A stretch of DNA of 51,597 nucleotides, the filler included, from Catajapyx aquilonaris (Eukaryota): assembly GCA_000934665.2 (NCBI GenBank). It is 3 parts of 3 records of this genome, joined end to end, with 100 filler letters (N's around TTAATTAATTAA, not from the genome) between each part and the next. Parts side by side here need not be neighbours in the genome. Positions count along the whole stretch, not along the records: positions 1 to 17,136 come from JYFJ02007022.1; 2 more parts are not named here. One strand, given 5' to 3'. Below are positions 1 to 14,200 of this stretch, in pieces. The notes under the pieces are model-generated. The model did not search any database. It was not told where the DNA came from and saw nothing but the letters and a program-made list of their open reading frames with translations. The translations under genes and the position numbers were made by a program. Each line of letters begins with the position of its first letter. The stretch's first letter is position 1.

Positions 1-1846
1 TAATCAAATATGCACTGATATAAAGGTGATGCAAGGTAGCATCAGACTGCATTGAACTGTAGGACGTTTAGACATAGTAAAACCGGTACGGTCACACTAT
101 TATATTGAGGTCTGATTATTCGATGCCAACAATTTAACAACAAAAAACAAAGACTATCTGCCATTCTAAATAAGTTGGAAACAAATAATTAATATCAACA
201 TGTAAAATATGCATAAAGTACAAAAATCGACAAATTCTATAACTGACTCGATTATATCGCATTGTTGCGTACTTGCATATCGGCAAATATTTTCAATGAA
301 TATTTGTTTACTTTACTTATCGCACTCCGTAACATACAACGCGCTCGTACAGGAAAAAAAATTCCCATTAAAACATTGACAGAAGGAGCTATGGATCAAA
401 TATCCGTCCGATATGTTGTGATCTGGTGAATAACACGTTCATGTGTGCCATTTCATCTTTTCTTCTGCACTTCTGCTTCTGAAACGGAAATCAAACATTT
501 GATATACTGTTGCGAAATATTGCTTTTGACTTGAATACGTCTATAAAATCGGATCGGTAACGAAAAAGCGTTACAGTCAGCAGTCAGGGCCCTGCCAGAG
601 GGCCCGGCCAGGGGCCTCATGGCGGGGGCATGCAGCAGGATGCAATCACCTTGGAAAATTGCTACAAAAATGTGGCATATTCCCCTAATAGTTCTCTACG
701 TGGTTCAAAAAGTTTTATGTCTGAGTAAAAATGGTTCCTCATGTTATCAAATTGGGGTCATGGCACTGTGCATATTATTTTATTGGCAAGGGGAATAATT
801 TGGAATGACTATTGCGCCTTTGTGGAATTCTTATACATGCATGTAAGTTCTCCTGCCATTTCTCTACTTGATTGGTGAAAAAAATTTCATGTCAGATTTT
901 GTAAAAAATGGTCGTCATGTTATAAAATTGCAACCCGCGGAAGACGGACATCCGTCAGTATTAATCAAAGGGTCGGACATTTTAATCACCTTTACGACAG
1001 TTTGTGGAATCGCCATGAAAAAAGGGTGGCATACCCCTTATAGTACTTCAGTGTCTCGCAGCCAATTAGCTGCAGTTCGGCTGACAATTATACATCCAAG
1101 GGTCCCCTTCCCGCCATCTCTCAGTCGAGGGCAGCTGCCAGCTGGGGTAGGGTTTATTACCCAAGGAGTATTCAGGGACGGGAAGGAAGGACAGATGGCC
1201 ACTGACACCACCGTCTTTCCAGGAAACGGGACTTACTTGTTAGTACTCTGAGACCCTTTTCTCAACAGGCCGTAACATTAGCTGACACATTGATATATGA
1301 TTTTCGTCTGGTCCAACTGGGGGAGGAATAGTCCCTGAAGAGAGGGCAGTTGTTGTGTGACTTTTGAAGGGGGATGTTGTGTTTGAGAAAAGGTAGGATA
1401 CACAGTGAAGAAGAGAAGTGTAGCTAAACTTGGTATAAATGGTATGTGATTCCCCCCTCCTTCTCCCACCAGCTACTCCCCTGTTCCCAGCACCTGCACT
1501 GCCTTATCAGCAGGAGTATAGGAGTTTAGTGACAACTTGAGGAAAGGTTGCAGTAAGCAAAAGTAAGCAACATTATCACATATATTTTGTCAGTGTGATT
1601 CAGCCTTAGTGAGTGTGATCTGACATCATGTGTGCTGCAATGGGATTACTTTTTTTTGGAGGTTTAAGCATGATGCCCCGGGGTCTATGGAGGTCAGTGT
1701 CTCTTCGGATTTCCCAAAGTGCCTCGGTGGCTTTCATTCACTCCACAACGGTCGACTCTTATTCGTGCATGCCCGCCAATACTGATCCCATTTTAAAGAC
1801 GTATTCACGTCAAAACCTGCTGCAGCTTGTGTCACACCGACACAAC

Positions 1847-4692
1847 CTAACGTATCTTTTTAAAATGCACAATACGCACCAGTATATTCTCGATGATAAA
1901 CATAGTGACGGACACTGCCATTCCAGCTCCTAGAATGAAGCAAGGTGCCAGAACCTTTTCAGATGAGAAAGCTTTGACAGGCTCACGGATTCCTCCACAG
2001 GAATCCTCACGCAATTTGTGGTACCGATGCTTCAGGGCGCCCAACACACCTGTGTTGTCCATTTTCAAAAGGCTGGAACCCAAAATCAACAGGGTTTACA
2101 TTTAGAGACACAATAACACCACTTGCATGAACATATCTTACTGGTAATTAAAGAGTTTCAGGTAAGGAGATCCTTTTCTGAAGCCCATGGCATGATTGTC
2201 TGTGTAGTACTCCTCAGGCACTGAGGAAACCAGGCAGGACCAGCCCAGGTCATGCTTCATGATGACCTGATTGACCAGCAGTTGACCTCCCATCATCGCG
2301 CTCTTCCCTTCCAAAATAAGGCGGATACCTTCATCAAATTCTCCGAACTGGCATTCAACTCCTTTTGCGTGTATCCGGCTGTAAAACTCGTTCGACTCTT
2401 TATTCTGCAAAATAATTCAGTTAAACTTTTAAAGTGAAAAATGAGTTGAAATTTAAATTAGCAGGGATTATTTCAAAGGCTGAAATAGTACTTACAGTAA
2501 AGAGAGTAGTCGTTACCCAGGGCTGGGTGCAAAGTGACCAGTCCTCTCGGCTCAAAATTTCCCTCAAATTTTGGAAGGGAAGTGTCAGCTCCCGGACTGC
2601 CAAAAACGAAGTGAATAGTGCTCCGTAGCACAAGTTTGCTATCAGGAATAGATAGGTTCCGGACCACAGAATTAGGCGGCCACTAACTCCAGCAGGTTGA
2701 ACTTCAGAATCTGTAAAGAAAATTTTGTGTGCAACAATCAAATATGAAAACTTGGCAACACTGCCCCCTTCCAACTGCTGACATGGTACCAATGCCTCAC
2801 ATAGATGGCGCATCCTACTGATGACTCATCGAGGACAGAGGCAACAGACTATATTTTCAATAGTGTGCTATAAAAAAAATCCGACACTTTACTAACCTTT
2901 CTGACAGAAAGCTGACCACAATGTCCAGAGATTTTCCTTTAGAGTTATGCTTCGTTTCCGATCCACTGTTGTTAAGCGTGAGGTTAAATGCAGGATTAGT
3001 GATATAAGTGGGATGGTGGCCACCAAACAGATCCAAAGGTCCCATTGGAAAGGTGAGACAGCTGCTTTCCACCATTTGGAATTGCTGCCACTGGTTTCAA
3101 CCCAAGGAAGGTACACTCGAATACTAGAAAAATTAACAGAGTGTATATCTCTGCCCAAGATGGCAGTCGAAATAGTGTGAGAAAAATTAATTAAAATAAT
3201 TCTCACCTGTCTATGGCCAATGGTGTTGAATAGTCGACAACTTTTTGTCTGGCAGTAGAGATGGAGAAAGGACCAACTATGATATCATAGGATCCATTCA
3301 GTAGTCCGGTTATCATTCCAATCCATGTCCGTCCATCGTTTGCCAGTTCTCCGTACACAATTTCCAGTTCGGACGTTCCTAGTTTGTACCTGGAAAATAA
3401 CGACATGTAATTTCGATTTATTGGGGGGAAAAAACAAACAGATCTACCTGAAATTTAAAATGTCTCGCACGGAATGAAAAATGTCCTCGTGATATCCGTG
3501 TCCTATTACTAGCGAGACATTGCTTGAATTATTGCTGATTGCATTTACGTTAACTTCAATTTTCTGTAATGTTTTGAGCATGAAGTAATTAGTTATTATT
3601 GCGTTAGTGAAATGTAAGTGTGACACCTTACATCGACCAATATTCGGAGCAAGTGTCCTCCAAGATTCTTCCTTCTCTGCCACAAAGTCGGCAAAGGAAT
3701 GATGTCAAATGAACACGACATGTTCTGACACCAAGATCCGATCAGTTCGTGTCGCATGGGCGTGGACCGATCAATTCGGTAAACTTGTCGAATGCTGATG
3801 TCTCCGTTATCTTGGATCATCGCAACTGTCACGTTGCTGTCGATAAAAGCTTCGGATTTGACCATTGCCTCTTCAGTCAGAGAATTCCAGTAATTTTGGG
3901 GCAGGACAATCAGCCAGTGATTTCCTTCTCCAAATGGCTGCGACCTTTCCACTTCAGCCTGAATTATATTCACATTCACGTTCAATATTTGTGAAAATAA
4001 ATATCAAAATTATTGTACCTTAAATGATAATAACTCATTGACTGTAGGCGTCCAAACTATGGAAAGAGCCTTGGGATTGAATCGACTGTTGAATAGCTGC
4101 CCATTGCTGCTCGACAATGTGCTTATAATCTGAACTCTGACGTGCAAAGATTCAAAAATGTCCATAATTATTGCCAAAGTGTCATCTTCTTCATTGTCTG
4201 CAAGGTACAGAAATTAAAAATCAGCTGAAAGTCGGATCATGTTAAGTTGTTGTTTATCAGAATAAATGGTGATATTTTCATATTTGGGGAGGGGGGGACA
4301 TGTTTTGATATAACGAGGGTGTTCTAAGGCCAAATTGATTGACAATATGGGCTCCATCACCGTAAGTCGCAGGGCTAGAAAAAAAAAGCGAGCGAAGCGA
4401 ATGGCTTTTTATATATTAGAGAAAAAGCGAGCGAATAAGTGAGGGTTTCTTTAATATTTAATATTTAAAATACTTTCCAGTAATCATGTATTTGCCCATT
4501 TTAGCCGCATTATGTGACTCTAATCAACAGTGAATACTTACGATAATTAGAATGCAGCTTGAGCACTTGGAGGTCACGCACAGCGAATCGTTGGCAGTAC
4601 GAAACGACAAATCCGGTCCAGTTAGAAACGCACGAGTTCCCCATCACCATCACCATCACCAAAACGCAATGTGGACTACCAGTAGGCTTCAT
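1847..4692 (-). CDS. Ionotropic receptor (IR, variant iGluR-family chemoreceptor), 9 exons, ~628 aa
   Basis: Phase-consistent GT-AG exons (minus): 4542-4692, 4019-4197, 3632-3958, 3448-3563, 3207-3389, 2897-3123, 2496-2710, 2142-2404, 1847-2072 = 1887 nt. Motifs: WQRRKNLGGHLLR; S1 WIGMITGLLNGSYDIIVGPFSISTARQKVVDYSTPL (ligand Arg kept); M1 SPFQWDLWICL; pore LWSAFCQK; M3 ANLCYGALFTSFLAVRELTLPFQNLREIL; S2 AMGFRKGSPYLKLFN; M4 APCFILGAGMAVSVTMFIIE. Confidence 0.9.
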
Positions 4693-5280
4693 GCCTCATT
4701 TACTGCGTAGGTCATTTTCGCAGCAAGATCGTCTCGGCCTCTGTGGTGAATTATTCAGTGAGAATGTGAGGACGCGTGAACTTCTGAGCGTCGTGAATTA
4801 TTAGTCGGCCATATCTTTGCGAATATTGATGAAAATAATACTGTCGATTATGATCAATAATCAGGTTGGCATATTGCATGCCATGCAAAAAAAACTAAAG
4901 GGCACATTTATTCTTAGGAGCGTAATCATTAAGCACAAGTAGAAGTGTACGTGAAGGTGATCGGATCCAAAATGGCGTCCACCACCATATGGGTCCGACC
5001 AGACCTCCCTATTTGACATGTGTTTCCCCGACGCTGCCGTCAGATGTCGTCCCTTCAGTTCGGAGGAGGAGGAGGAGGAGGCCTCGTCTCGTCGATCGTC
5101 GCTTCTTCCCTGTTCTTTGTGCGGAATAAGTAGACCCGTTCCAGTCTCTTCTTTGGACCAGTTCTAGTGGACTAGTACTCTTTGATCGCTCTTCTGCTGT
5201 GCTGGTGACTGCCGGTGTGGTGGGGGGACACTGAGGAGGAAGGAGCTGTAGTGGTGTTCGAATAAGGGACGAGGGCGACG
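4693..5280. promoter_or_regulatory. Short divergent (candidate bidirectional) promoter/5' UTR region between the IR and the ADAM17-like gene
   Basis: The two predicted ATGs (4692 minus, 5281 plus) point away from each other ~590 bp apart. There is an AAAATGGCG (YY1/Pho-like) motif at ~4969-4977 and a GC-richer leader from ~4960. Confidence 0.45.
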
Positions 5281-8200
5281 ATGGCCATCGGCGTGGCCAA
5301 GATGGTGGGGCTGCTAGGCCTAGGCCCCTTGGTCCTCTTCTGGGTCTTCCAGGCCGAAGTGGCGGGGGCTTCATCCAGTCGTCTTGGTGGAAGCGATGCT
5401 GATGGACCCTACTTCAAGAACTACCACGTCGTGTCCACCACTGTCCAGGTGAGGCTGCTCAGAGGGGGATGTGGTTTCATTGGGGGGAGTTTAATGCTCC
5501 CCCCTCTCTCACCCCTCCCCATTCCGCCCATCAATAAGACATTGGTGTAGGTTAACAACTGTTTGTGAATGGCCCACATTGAGATGAGAGGTCCAATGCT
5601 GGGCAGGGTGTGTGTACTACATGTGACTGTGTGTAGACTAGGAAAGAGTTTAAAATATAGTGGTCCTCTTGGATTACAATAGAGAGGTTTCAATACAGAA
5701 AGTGTTCCAGGAGCAACACGATTCTGGTTTAGGCGGGTTTCACAGGATTTGATTGAGAAGGGATAAAGGCCTAGAAGATAAATGAAAGTAAATCAGCCAG
5801 GGTGGGCTTTTGCAAACAGCACACTAAAGGCTGGACAGAGATGCTGTGCAGGCATGCAGGCCAACCAGAAGAAAGCTGTGCCATAACCAGTCTATTCATA
5901 TCCTTATAGGAGTATGCAAAGTACTTCTGAAGCAAAGCATTGTTTCCCTCTGACTGGAAATATAGAGGGAAAATTGTGTGGATCTTAACATTTTAGTTTC
6001 CAGACCCTTCCAAATATAAGTTAATCAGTTCTTCATTGCAGTCGAGACCATATTTTTTGTTGCATTGATACCAGCACTTATTGTTACCTAATTTGAATGT
6101 GCTGAGTTTGAATCTGATGTTAGTTTTTTCCTGTAAGCTCTAGATTTTCTACAATTAAAATATTTAGATGCCAAATGCCAAAATGTCGCATGTCACGCCA
6201 TGAAGACATGGTCTTTTCTCTGAAGAATTTATGGTCATACAGTCTTAAAAGGAGGTTTCAACAACCGTCTTGGTAAAGGTATATTCATTTTATAATCACA
6301 AAAAGTCGTGGGTGCACACAATATGCATTAAAGTTTGAAAAAAGTAAAAAAATGTCGAAAAATAATAGCCCAATTAAAAAACCCTATATGTCGAAAACTT
6401 GTAAACATATCTAAATGATGTAAGTCTTGAAATGCCAAAAATGTCTAATGTTTTGGTATCACCTTAGTTTGTTTCGATATGAGCTCCATTTGTCTCCCTC
6501 AGCAAATGTAAATATGATAATATTGGTGTTGTGCCTAACCAGCTCAGATACATCATGTCCGGCGTTACCATTGCAATCTTTTCCCGTAGGTGATGGAGAT
6601 ACAGATTCATTTCGCCATACATATGTATCTCCACAAAAATGTCCATTGGAGTAAGATCTGGGCTTCTGGACGGAGGGGATAGGCATGGCGAAACTTCTCA
6701 TTAAAGACTTTACACACTGAGAGGCTGAACAAATGAAACTTTCCTATGGCAGATTTGTTAGGATGAGGCTACTTTTCATGTGCATCATCAAGAACAATGT
6801 TTGTGGTGTAAAGACCAATCACCTCCAGCACCTACGGGTTAGGATCGCAGCAATATCTCCAGATACGATTGAGTGGGTTGGGCATGAGACCGAATACAGT
6901 CCTTTTTTTAATTTCTCAAGCGACAAATGTAGCTCATATCGAAACCAACTAAGGTGAGACCAAAAATTTAGACATTTCTTAACATTTCAAAACTTTAATC
7001 ATTTAGATATGTCTACAAGTTTTCGACTTATAGGATTTTTAAATTGGGACATTCTTTTTAGACATTTTTTAAAAACTTTTTTCAAACTGTAGTGCATATT
7101 GTGATGATTAAAAACATTCACCCACAGTACTTAATGCATTCATGAACTGTTTCATCAAGCCGAGCTTGATATGGTATCTCTAAGTATAATTCTAAAGCTA
7201 TCCCCAGTGTAAATAGTTCAATGGGTGACCTTTTTTTTGTTTGTTTTTGTTTTTGTTTTTGTTTTTTGTTTTTTTTTGTTGCGAAAATCACAAGTTTCAA
7301 ATTGCATGAAAACTAGAGCATGTACAGGAAAACAGATTTCAGATTTGAAATCAGCATTGAATAAATACTTAAAATTAGTTGAAAAATCTCATGCAACGAA
7401 AGAAAACACTTTTTTTCTTGACCAGTGTAATCATCATCATCATCATCATCATCATGAATGAAAATTTGTAGCAGAGAAAATAGTAGTAGTAGTAGTAGTA
7501 GTGATCATTCATTCATTCATTTGTTACATTCACGGCATATTCCCATAATTATAATAATGTACCCCGAGGTTTGCAAAGTTTGCACCTTTTTAGGGGAAAG
7601 TTGCCCCCACATAAGATACATAATCATTTTACATTGGCAAGAATTAGAGTTTACATTAACAAAATTGCAATTAATGTGAAAGAATATGATCTTTTGTGCA
7701 TACTGGAAAGAGATGAGATTAAATCTGATAAGTAATCATTAAATCTTGCACACCAAGTCCAGGCAGCTCATTTGTAGACCAGAAGATCCAGTTGCAGGTG
7801 AAATAAGAGATTCAGAAAAAGTCTGATTCAAATCACATAATGATTCACTTGAAAATAATGCCTAATCACCCAGGCAAAAACCAGTTTTAATTCAACCAAG
7901 ATGTTGCCCCATTGACACATCAACATTAAGTGGATGTTCAGTTAACGTTCCATGCTCAGTGAATGTACAAGAGAACATGAAGTGAATGTTGATGATGCCT
8001 AATTTTGAAACGTTCACTGCACATTTGTTATGAACATCCACTGACTGTTCTGTGCATACTCCAAATGTTCACTGGCATGGCGGAGACTTTTATATTAAAC
8101 TACCTACCGTATCTTATTTGTGTCAGGGTCTCGGCCAGGATGTGACGTGGTCAAGTCCTAGAACTTAGCATGTGCCATATGGTGCTCATTTCAGGTCTTC

Positions 8201-11200
8201 ATATTAAAATCCTCAATCTTCAAATTTGTAAAACTTCCACGCCCCACCAGAAATCGCCTCGTGCCCCAATAGTGGGGACACTTTGGGAACCGCTGACCTA
8301 GGCAAAATCAGTTTTAATCAGAAACTGCAAAATGTTCATAAAATGAAATATTTGTTGCATTTCTTGATAGCATGACATTGTGAACTGTATGTAGTAGCAC
8401 GCTTTAAGGCCCATACACACAGGCAGTCGACGGTTTCGGTTTTTGGTCGCGTTGACACCGCGAACCAATCATAATTCATGTAAACAAACTGTCAACAATG
8501 TGTTGCGCTTGTTTACACGAATCATGATTGGTCCGCGGTGTCAACGCGACCAAAAACCAAACCCGCCAACAGCCTGTGTGTATGGGCCTTAACCCATTGA
8601 AATTATTGACCTGCAATTATGTTGGACATGTATACAAAAGCTATCTCCATGGATGTAATGAAGGATGGGGAAAGAGACTGCGTTACATTGAATGCATTTC
8701 ATTAGGTAGCAAAATGCTGCACTCACTGTCAGTGATTGATGCCACTCAAATACATAATAATGTGGAATCCAGACTCAGATTCATGAATCCTATTAATGTG
8801 ACATAGCAAGTGATGAATGATTTCAAGTGCTCTGAAATTGATACAAACTGGGCCACAATTTCTTGCACTTTGTATGTGTGAAAATCCCATTACTGCAACA
8901 CAAGAGGAAAGTTTGAGAGAAATCTATGTATGAGCTTCTGTGTGATGGATGAGTATAATTTTTTTCATTGTGAACCAAGACTTTCAACAATATACGACCA
9001 TAATATTAGAACACTAGCATATGCAATAGATGTAGGGCATTTATCACGCATATTCCTTCAGAAAACAAGTGTTCTGTGGGGATAGACCATGAGCCACTTT
9101 GGCTTGTGGGATCTGTATAGTACTGTACACCAGCCCAGCAGGGATCCATCAGCCTCACCCCAACCATCACTTACCGTCTACCAGGTCAGTCTTGACCATT
9201 ACAAGACCGTGATCTTGACAGAAAACTAATCAGAGTCCAGTGTTTGCTTACAGACCAAGTTATTCCTTGCAGATGTGTTGTACCCAGTGACTGACAAAGC
9301 TCTCTACATCTCCATTTCAGGGCCCTCGGAAACGGCGTGATGCTGCACAAGACGGTCCTGCCAGCGCATCCAGTGATAAACCGGACAAACCTGATGACTA
9401 CTACTTCTCCCTGCACATAGACCTCCCACTGTCACTGGATATTACTCTTTATATCCGGTGCCAAAAAGATCTCAATCTGACGCGGGTTGGTGGCTGGAAA
9501 TCTTTTGAAATACCTGGCAATGTCCATGGTACCCTTGTGCATGGATACATCGAGCAGGATCGATCCAACTCCTCGGTGACAGGATACATCCTTTATGGCA
9601 GATTCTACGGAGAGATCCTCACTCACGGTCGGATATACATGGTTGAAGAACTGAAGTTGCACTCTGGGACTATTAGCAACAGTATCGGGAACCCATTCCC
9701 TGTCTTGTACAACTGGAGGAGCGTAGTGTTTGAGCTTGGTAACTTTGTGAGCGTCCATGAAGAGGGCACAGGGATGAGACGTAGAGGAAGGAACCTACTG
9801 TGGCGCCCAGTGGAACGCTACGGACATTATGGAAACCCCTACCAGGCCAAAGATCCCCACCATATGTTCAATAATTTCAGAATTTTCGACCCCGACAGGT
9901 AAGGTTTGACAACTCTTGTGTTCTCAATTGACCTATGTAAGGCATTTTATAATTATTCAGACTAACTGTTAGAACAAACTACAGAGTCCCAGAGGATTGC
10001 TTTACACATGGGAGTTTGTTGATCTCTGATGCCTTGTTTCTGAGGCTTCAAAGAACTGCATAAAATATCCTGGAAAGTATGTCTCTCAGCACAACTGTTT
10101 TTTAAATGCAAAATGAATGAGTTATCATTCAGCTATAATTTAAACTGCAATTTCAGTAGGAGTAGCAATGAAAGTGTCGCAACTTAGAAGATATTGTAAT
10201 GCAGTTTTAATGCCAATAGTATCATCTGCAATGACATTGAGTCCAAATGGCAAGTGATCTTTGGTGCAACTGCCAGGAATTGACTGATAAATTTGTCTGA
10301 ATAATGGTGAAATACCGTGCATACCATGGGACCTTGGGATAATATTACTTGAGGATGTGTTGTTTTAGGGAGTATAAAGTTGTGTGTAGATTACTGATCA
10401 TTGGAGACCACCACTTTTTTGAGAATATGGCGAATAGAGATGCTACTCTGGCATTTCTCAAGCTCATCACTCTAGCCCAGAGGTTGCAGTATATCTACAA
10501 TCACATTAATTACGAGCCTGGCAACCCGTACCCTGCGTCAAGCTCAGATGAGATACGCTTCAGGATAAACGACGTGAGTATGCAATGCAGTGTGACTTGG
10601 AAACTCTCTGGAACAGAATATGAACTATGGACTGAACGGAACAGAATGAGACGTCATCATCAGTTTTCATAACAAGCATGGGTTGTGCTCTTAGAGGTCC
10701 ACACTGAGGCCCCTTGCAATATTCCATGGCGAAATTGCCATAGTTAATTTTCACAATTTAACCAGGATGGTTAGGAGGCTGACATGTAGGATGACCACTA
10801 TTGCCAGAAGTTAGACAAAAAGAATTAATGCTTGACGATTAGTTCAGTGCTTCAGTCGCAACGTTCCTGGTCTGGTCCGGCATGTTCCTGTGAGGTCAAT
10901 TTCCCTCTCAATGCATTACAATCTTTCCCACAGTTTCTGCTCTTTGAGAAACTGGGCGAAGAGGGCTATCCGATCAAAGGCAGAGCAACAGCCAACCTGG
11001 ATGAAGTTGATCAGTACTTGACTACCATGAGTACTGGTCTAGACCTAAATGAATTTTGCTTAGGAATAGTGATATCTGGTAGCTACTTCAAGGACGCACC
11101 TGGTGAGTGTTCAGTACCTGCATGCTTTATAGTTCAGCCAAAGATGAGAGGGAATCCTGGGTCCTGGCAAGTGTTGTAACAAATCTGGAAATTTTGACTG

Positions 11201-14200
11201 TCAGGGAAAAAACTGCATTGTTGGGAAAAATGGGTTTTTCTCTCCTAACATTTTTCACAGTTTGCTGGCCTTATTATATTATGCACACTATGAAGTCCTT
11301 AATATATCCCACTGCACAGAAAAGTCAAATTATTAACCCAGATATGCCTGCAAGATTTTTTGTTTAAATTTCGGTTTTTGGTTGTTTTTATTAGTTCATA
11401 GCAGTCACCAAAACACAACAAAGAAGGCGATTCCGGCAAAGAAAATGGTGACAAAAGCAGTAGCGATAGTGATGTCCAGAATATTGATGATTAGTTTTTC
11501 CATTTTTGGACAATTTGGCATAGCTTACAAAGACGGAAAAGGAAATATTTTATGGGACTTATTTCCTCTCATTAATTTCCATGTGGATTAATATTTGGAA
11601 AGGAAATAATATGTGCCGATGTTTCATAAAATATTCAGTGTCTTTGGGAAAAAATGGGCAAACCCCTGTTTTTTCTTGGGGGGAAAAACCCCCAAAAAAC
11701 TTTTTTTCCCCTTGCCTGTACAATAACACTAGCCCTGGCCCACATCTTACCATAACCTGATCACCCTTTCCCCGACACTCGAACCAACTGATGTATGACG
11801 GATATGGTAAGGCTTCAAACACCTATAGCAGACCTGTCATGAAAACCAGTTACTTGATCATGGTATGTAATTGTAGGTGTCACATGGTAATGCTGACTGG
11901 ATCATGCCTTATCATTCCATTACACTTCAGTGGTTAGGTATTAAGGGTCAGGCCCATTCCATGTCTTTGTCTTGAAGTCTACATGGAGTTGCATAAAAAC
12001 TTGGAGACACCTCTATTGTGAATTCGTGGGCGTCATATCATTTCATGTAGGTTTACTGGTTAGTCAGATAATAATCTGCATTGATCAGACAGCATATGAT
12101 GATCTATGTAGCAGATTACACGTACTTAGCTTTGGAAAACTGCCTGCTGTACCTAACGAGATCACATTGCAGATGAAAATTACCAGATAAAAATGCATTT
12201 TAATACAGGGTCATCGAAAAAAAACGTCCCAATTAAAAAACCCTCTTACTCGAAAACCTTTAGACATATCTAAATGATTTAAGTTTTATGCTAAGAAATG
12301 TGTAAAGTTTTCATCTTAGTTTGTTTCAATATGAGCTTCACTTGTTGCTCAGCAAATAAATGAGACTGTATTTGGTCTCGAGCCAAATGTCTCAATCATG
12401 TCTGGAGTTGCCGTTGTGATCCTATCCCTTAGGTGCTGGAGATGTTGAGTCTTCACACCACACACATTATTCTTAATGATGCACATAAAAAGTCGCCCCA
12501 TCCTTGAAATAATCCTGCCTTCGGAAAGCTTCATTTGTTCTGCTCCCCCCCAGTGTGCGAAGTCTTGAATGAGAAGTTTCCCAATGCCTAGCACCTCCAG
12601 AAGTCCTGATCTTACCCCTATGTACGTTTGTGTGGAGGTATCATACATGTATGGTGAAAATATCTGGCATATCCAGCACACATGGGATAGGGTCACAATG
12701 GTGACTCCAGCCGTGCCTGATTGGGTTAGGCAAGACATCGATTACTGTATTTACATTTTTCGAGTGACAACTGCAATTCATATCGAAACAAACGCAGATG
12801 ATATCAAAACTTTAGCCATTCCTAAGCATTTCAAAATTTAAATCATTTAGATATGTCGACAAGTTTTCGAGTTATAGGGTTTTAAAATTGGGACATTCTG
12901 TTTCTATGACCCTGTATTAAAAGATCAAATCATTTGGAAGGTCATGCACTTGCTGGGATGTTTGACATCTTGTGTCTGAAGCCCATTTCCTTCCGGTAAC
13001 TAGGCTTCGGATGACTCGTTATGCCACTATACCTAGAGCTATGTATGACGGGCACAAATTCACCTTAGAAGTGTTTCTGAATCATTAGAAAACATTCTGT
13101 GGCTATCCCAACTGATCATAATTATGATGACGTGTTTCAGGCAAGGCTTTTGAACCTCTTGCCGAAAGCGAGCCAGGAGGCTTGTGCGTTCCAACTGTCA
13201 GGAAGGATGGCCAACCTGTGAGCAGGAATATCCTGGCAGTGTCGGCGGCTTCTGGGAATAATGGTGCCCTCCCCATTCGAACAATTATCACCCGAATGGC
13301 TTACTACATGGCCAGAGCTATGGGAGCAAAGGATGACACGTCTTCTTGTGATCCAAAAGGTAGGAAGGAACAAAGGGGTTGAGTTTGCCTCCCTTTGAAG
13401 GTGGTTCACATGGTCGTCATTGGGAAGTCCTTCATTATGTATCCCATACCTGACCACTTATGCGCAATGTTAATGCTATACATCTATTTGCACCCACCTC
13501 GCATCTGCAGAGGTCTTCTTGCAGCTTAGCACCAGTGAAAACCTTACTCTTCATTCCGAAAAACATGCCTTAAACACAGTTTTACCGAGTTTCTGAAAAA
13601 CTCAGTTCTAATAACTGTAATTAACATGACCCAACATGTCTTTCAGATCCGGACTTCTATGGCTATTTTTTGATGCACAGCCCCAATCAAGACGGCAGGG
13701 ATAAAAATCACTGGATTTTGTCATCTTGTAGCAAGTTGCAGATAAAGGCCACGTTTATGGCACAAGGAAGCTGTTTCTTAGTTGGGGACACTTCATATTG
13801 TGGGAATGGTAAGTGTGAGGCATCTGCAGATTACATGATATGCGAGAAGTTCTGATTTGGATGGCTGACACCTTTATCGAGTCATACTCATATACAAAGC
13901 AGAGTAATCCGTCACTTGAAGTGCATAGGAAAAACTGTGCATGGGGGCAAAAGGTACCGGTATTTATTGTGTACTGTATGGGCGGGGCGGGTGACTTTTT
14001 GTGACAAATCAGTCTTTCGAATCTTGCTCCGCAATATTATATTAACTATGTGACTAAAACTGACCCCAGCAGATGGCTACATATGATTGTGTTACGACCT
14101 AGCAGCTGAGCAACGTAGGGAACTTCTCACACCTCACGCATTATAGGCAGTCGTCATTTTGTCCAAGTGTGCAAACTATCTTTTGCTTACTTTCTCTAAG

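Noticed and set aside
868..1251. 127-aa ORF and most other short ORFs in the track
   Set aside because: No recognisable motifs or consistent splice structure; many are antisense shadows of real exons or lie in repeats.
11930..12060. Possible alternative ADAM exon (GIKGQAHSMSL..) after an AG in intron 4
   Set aside because: In-frame stop follows immediately, there is no zinc motif, and exon 4 already splices in phase to 13141.
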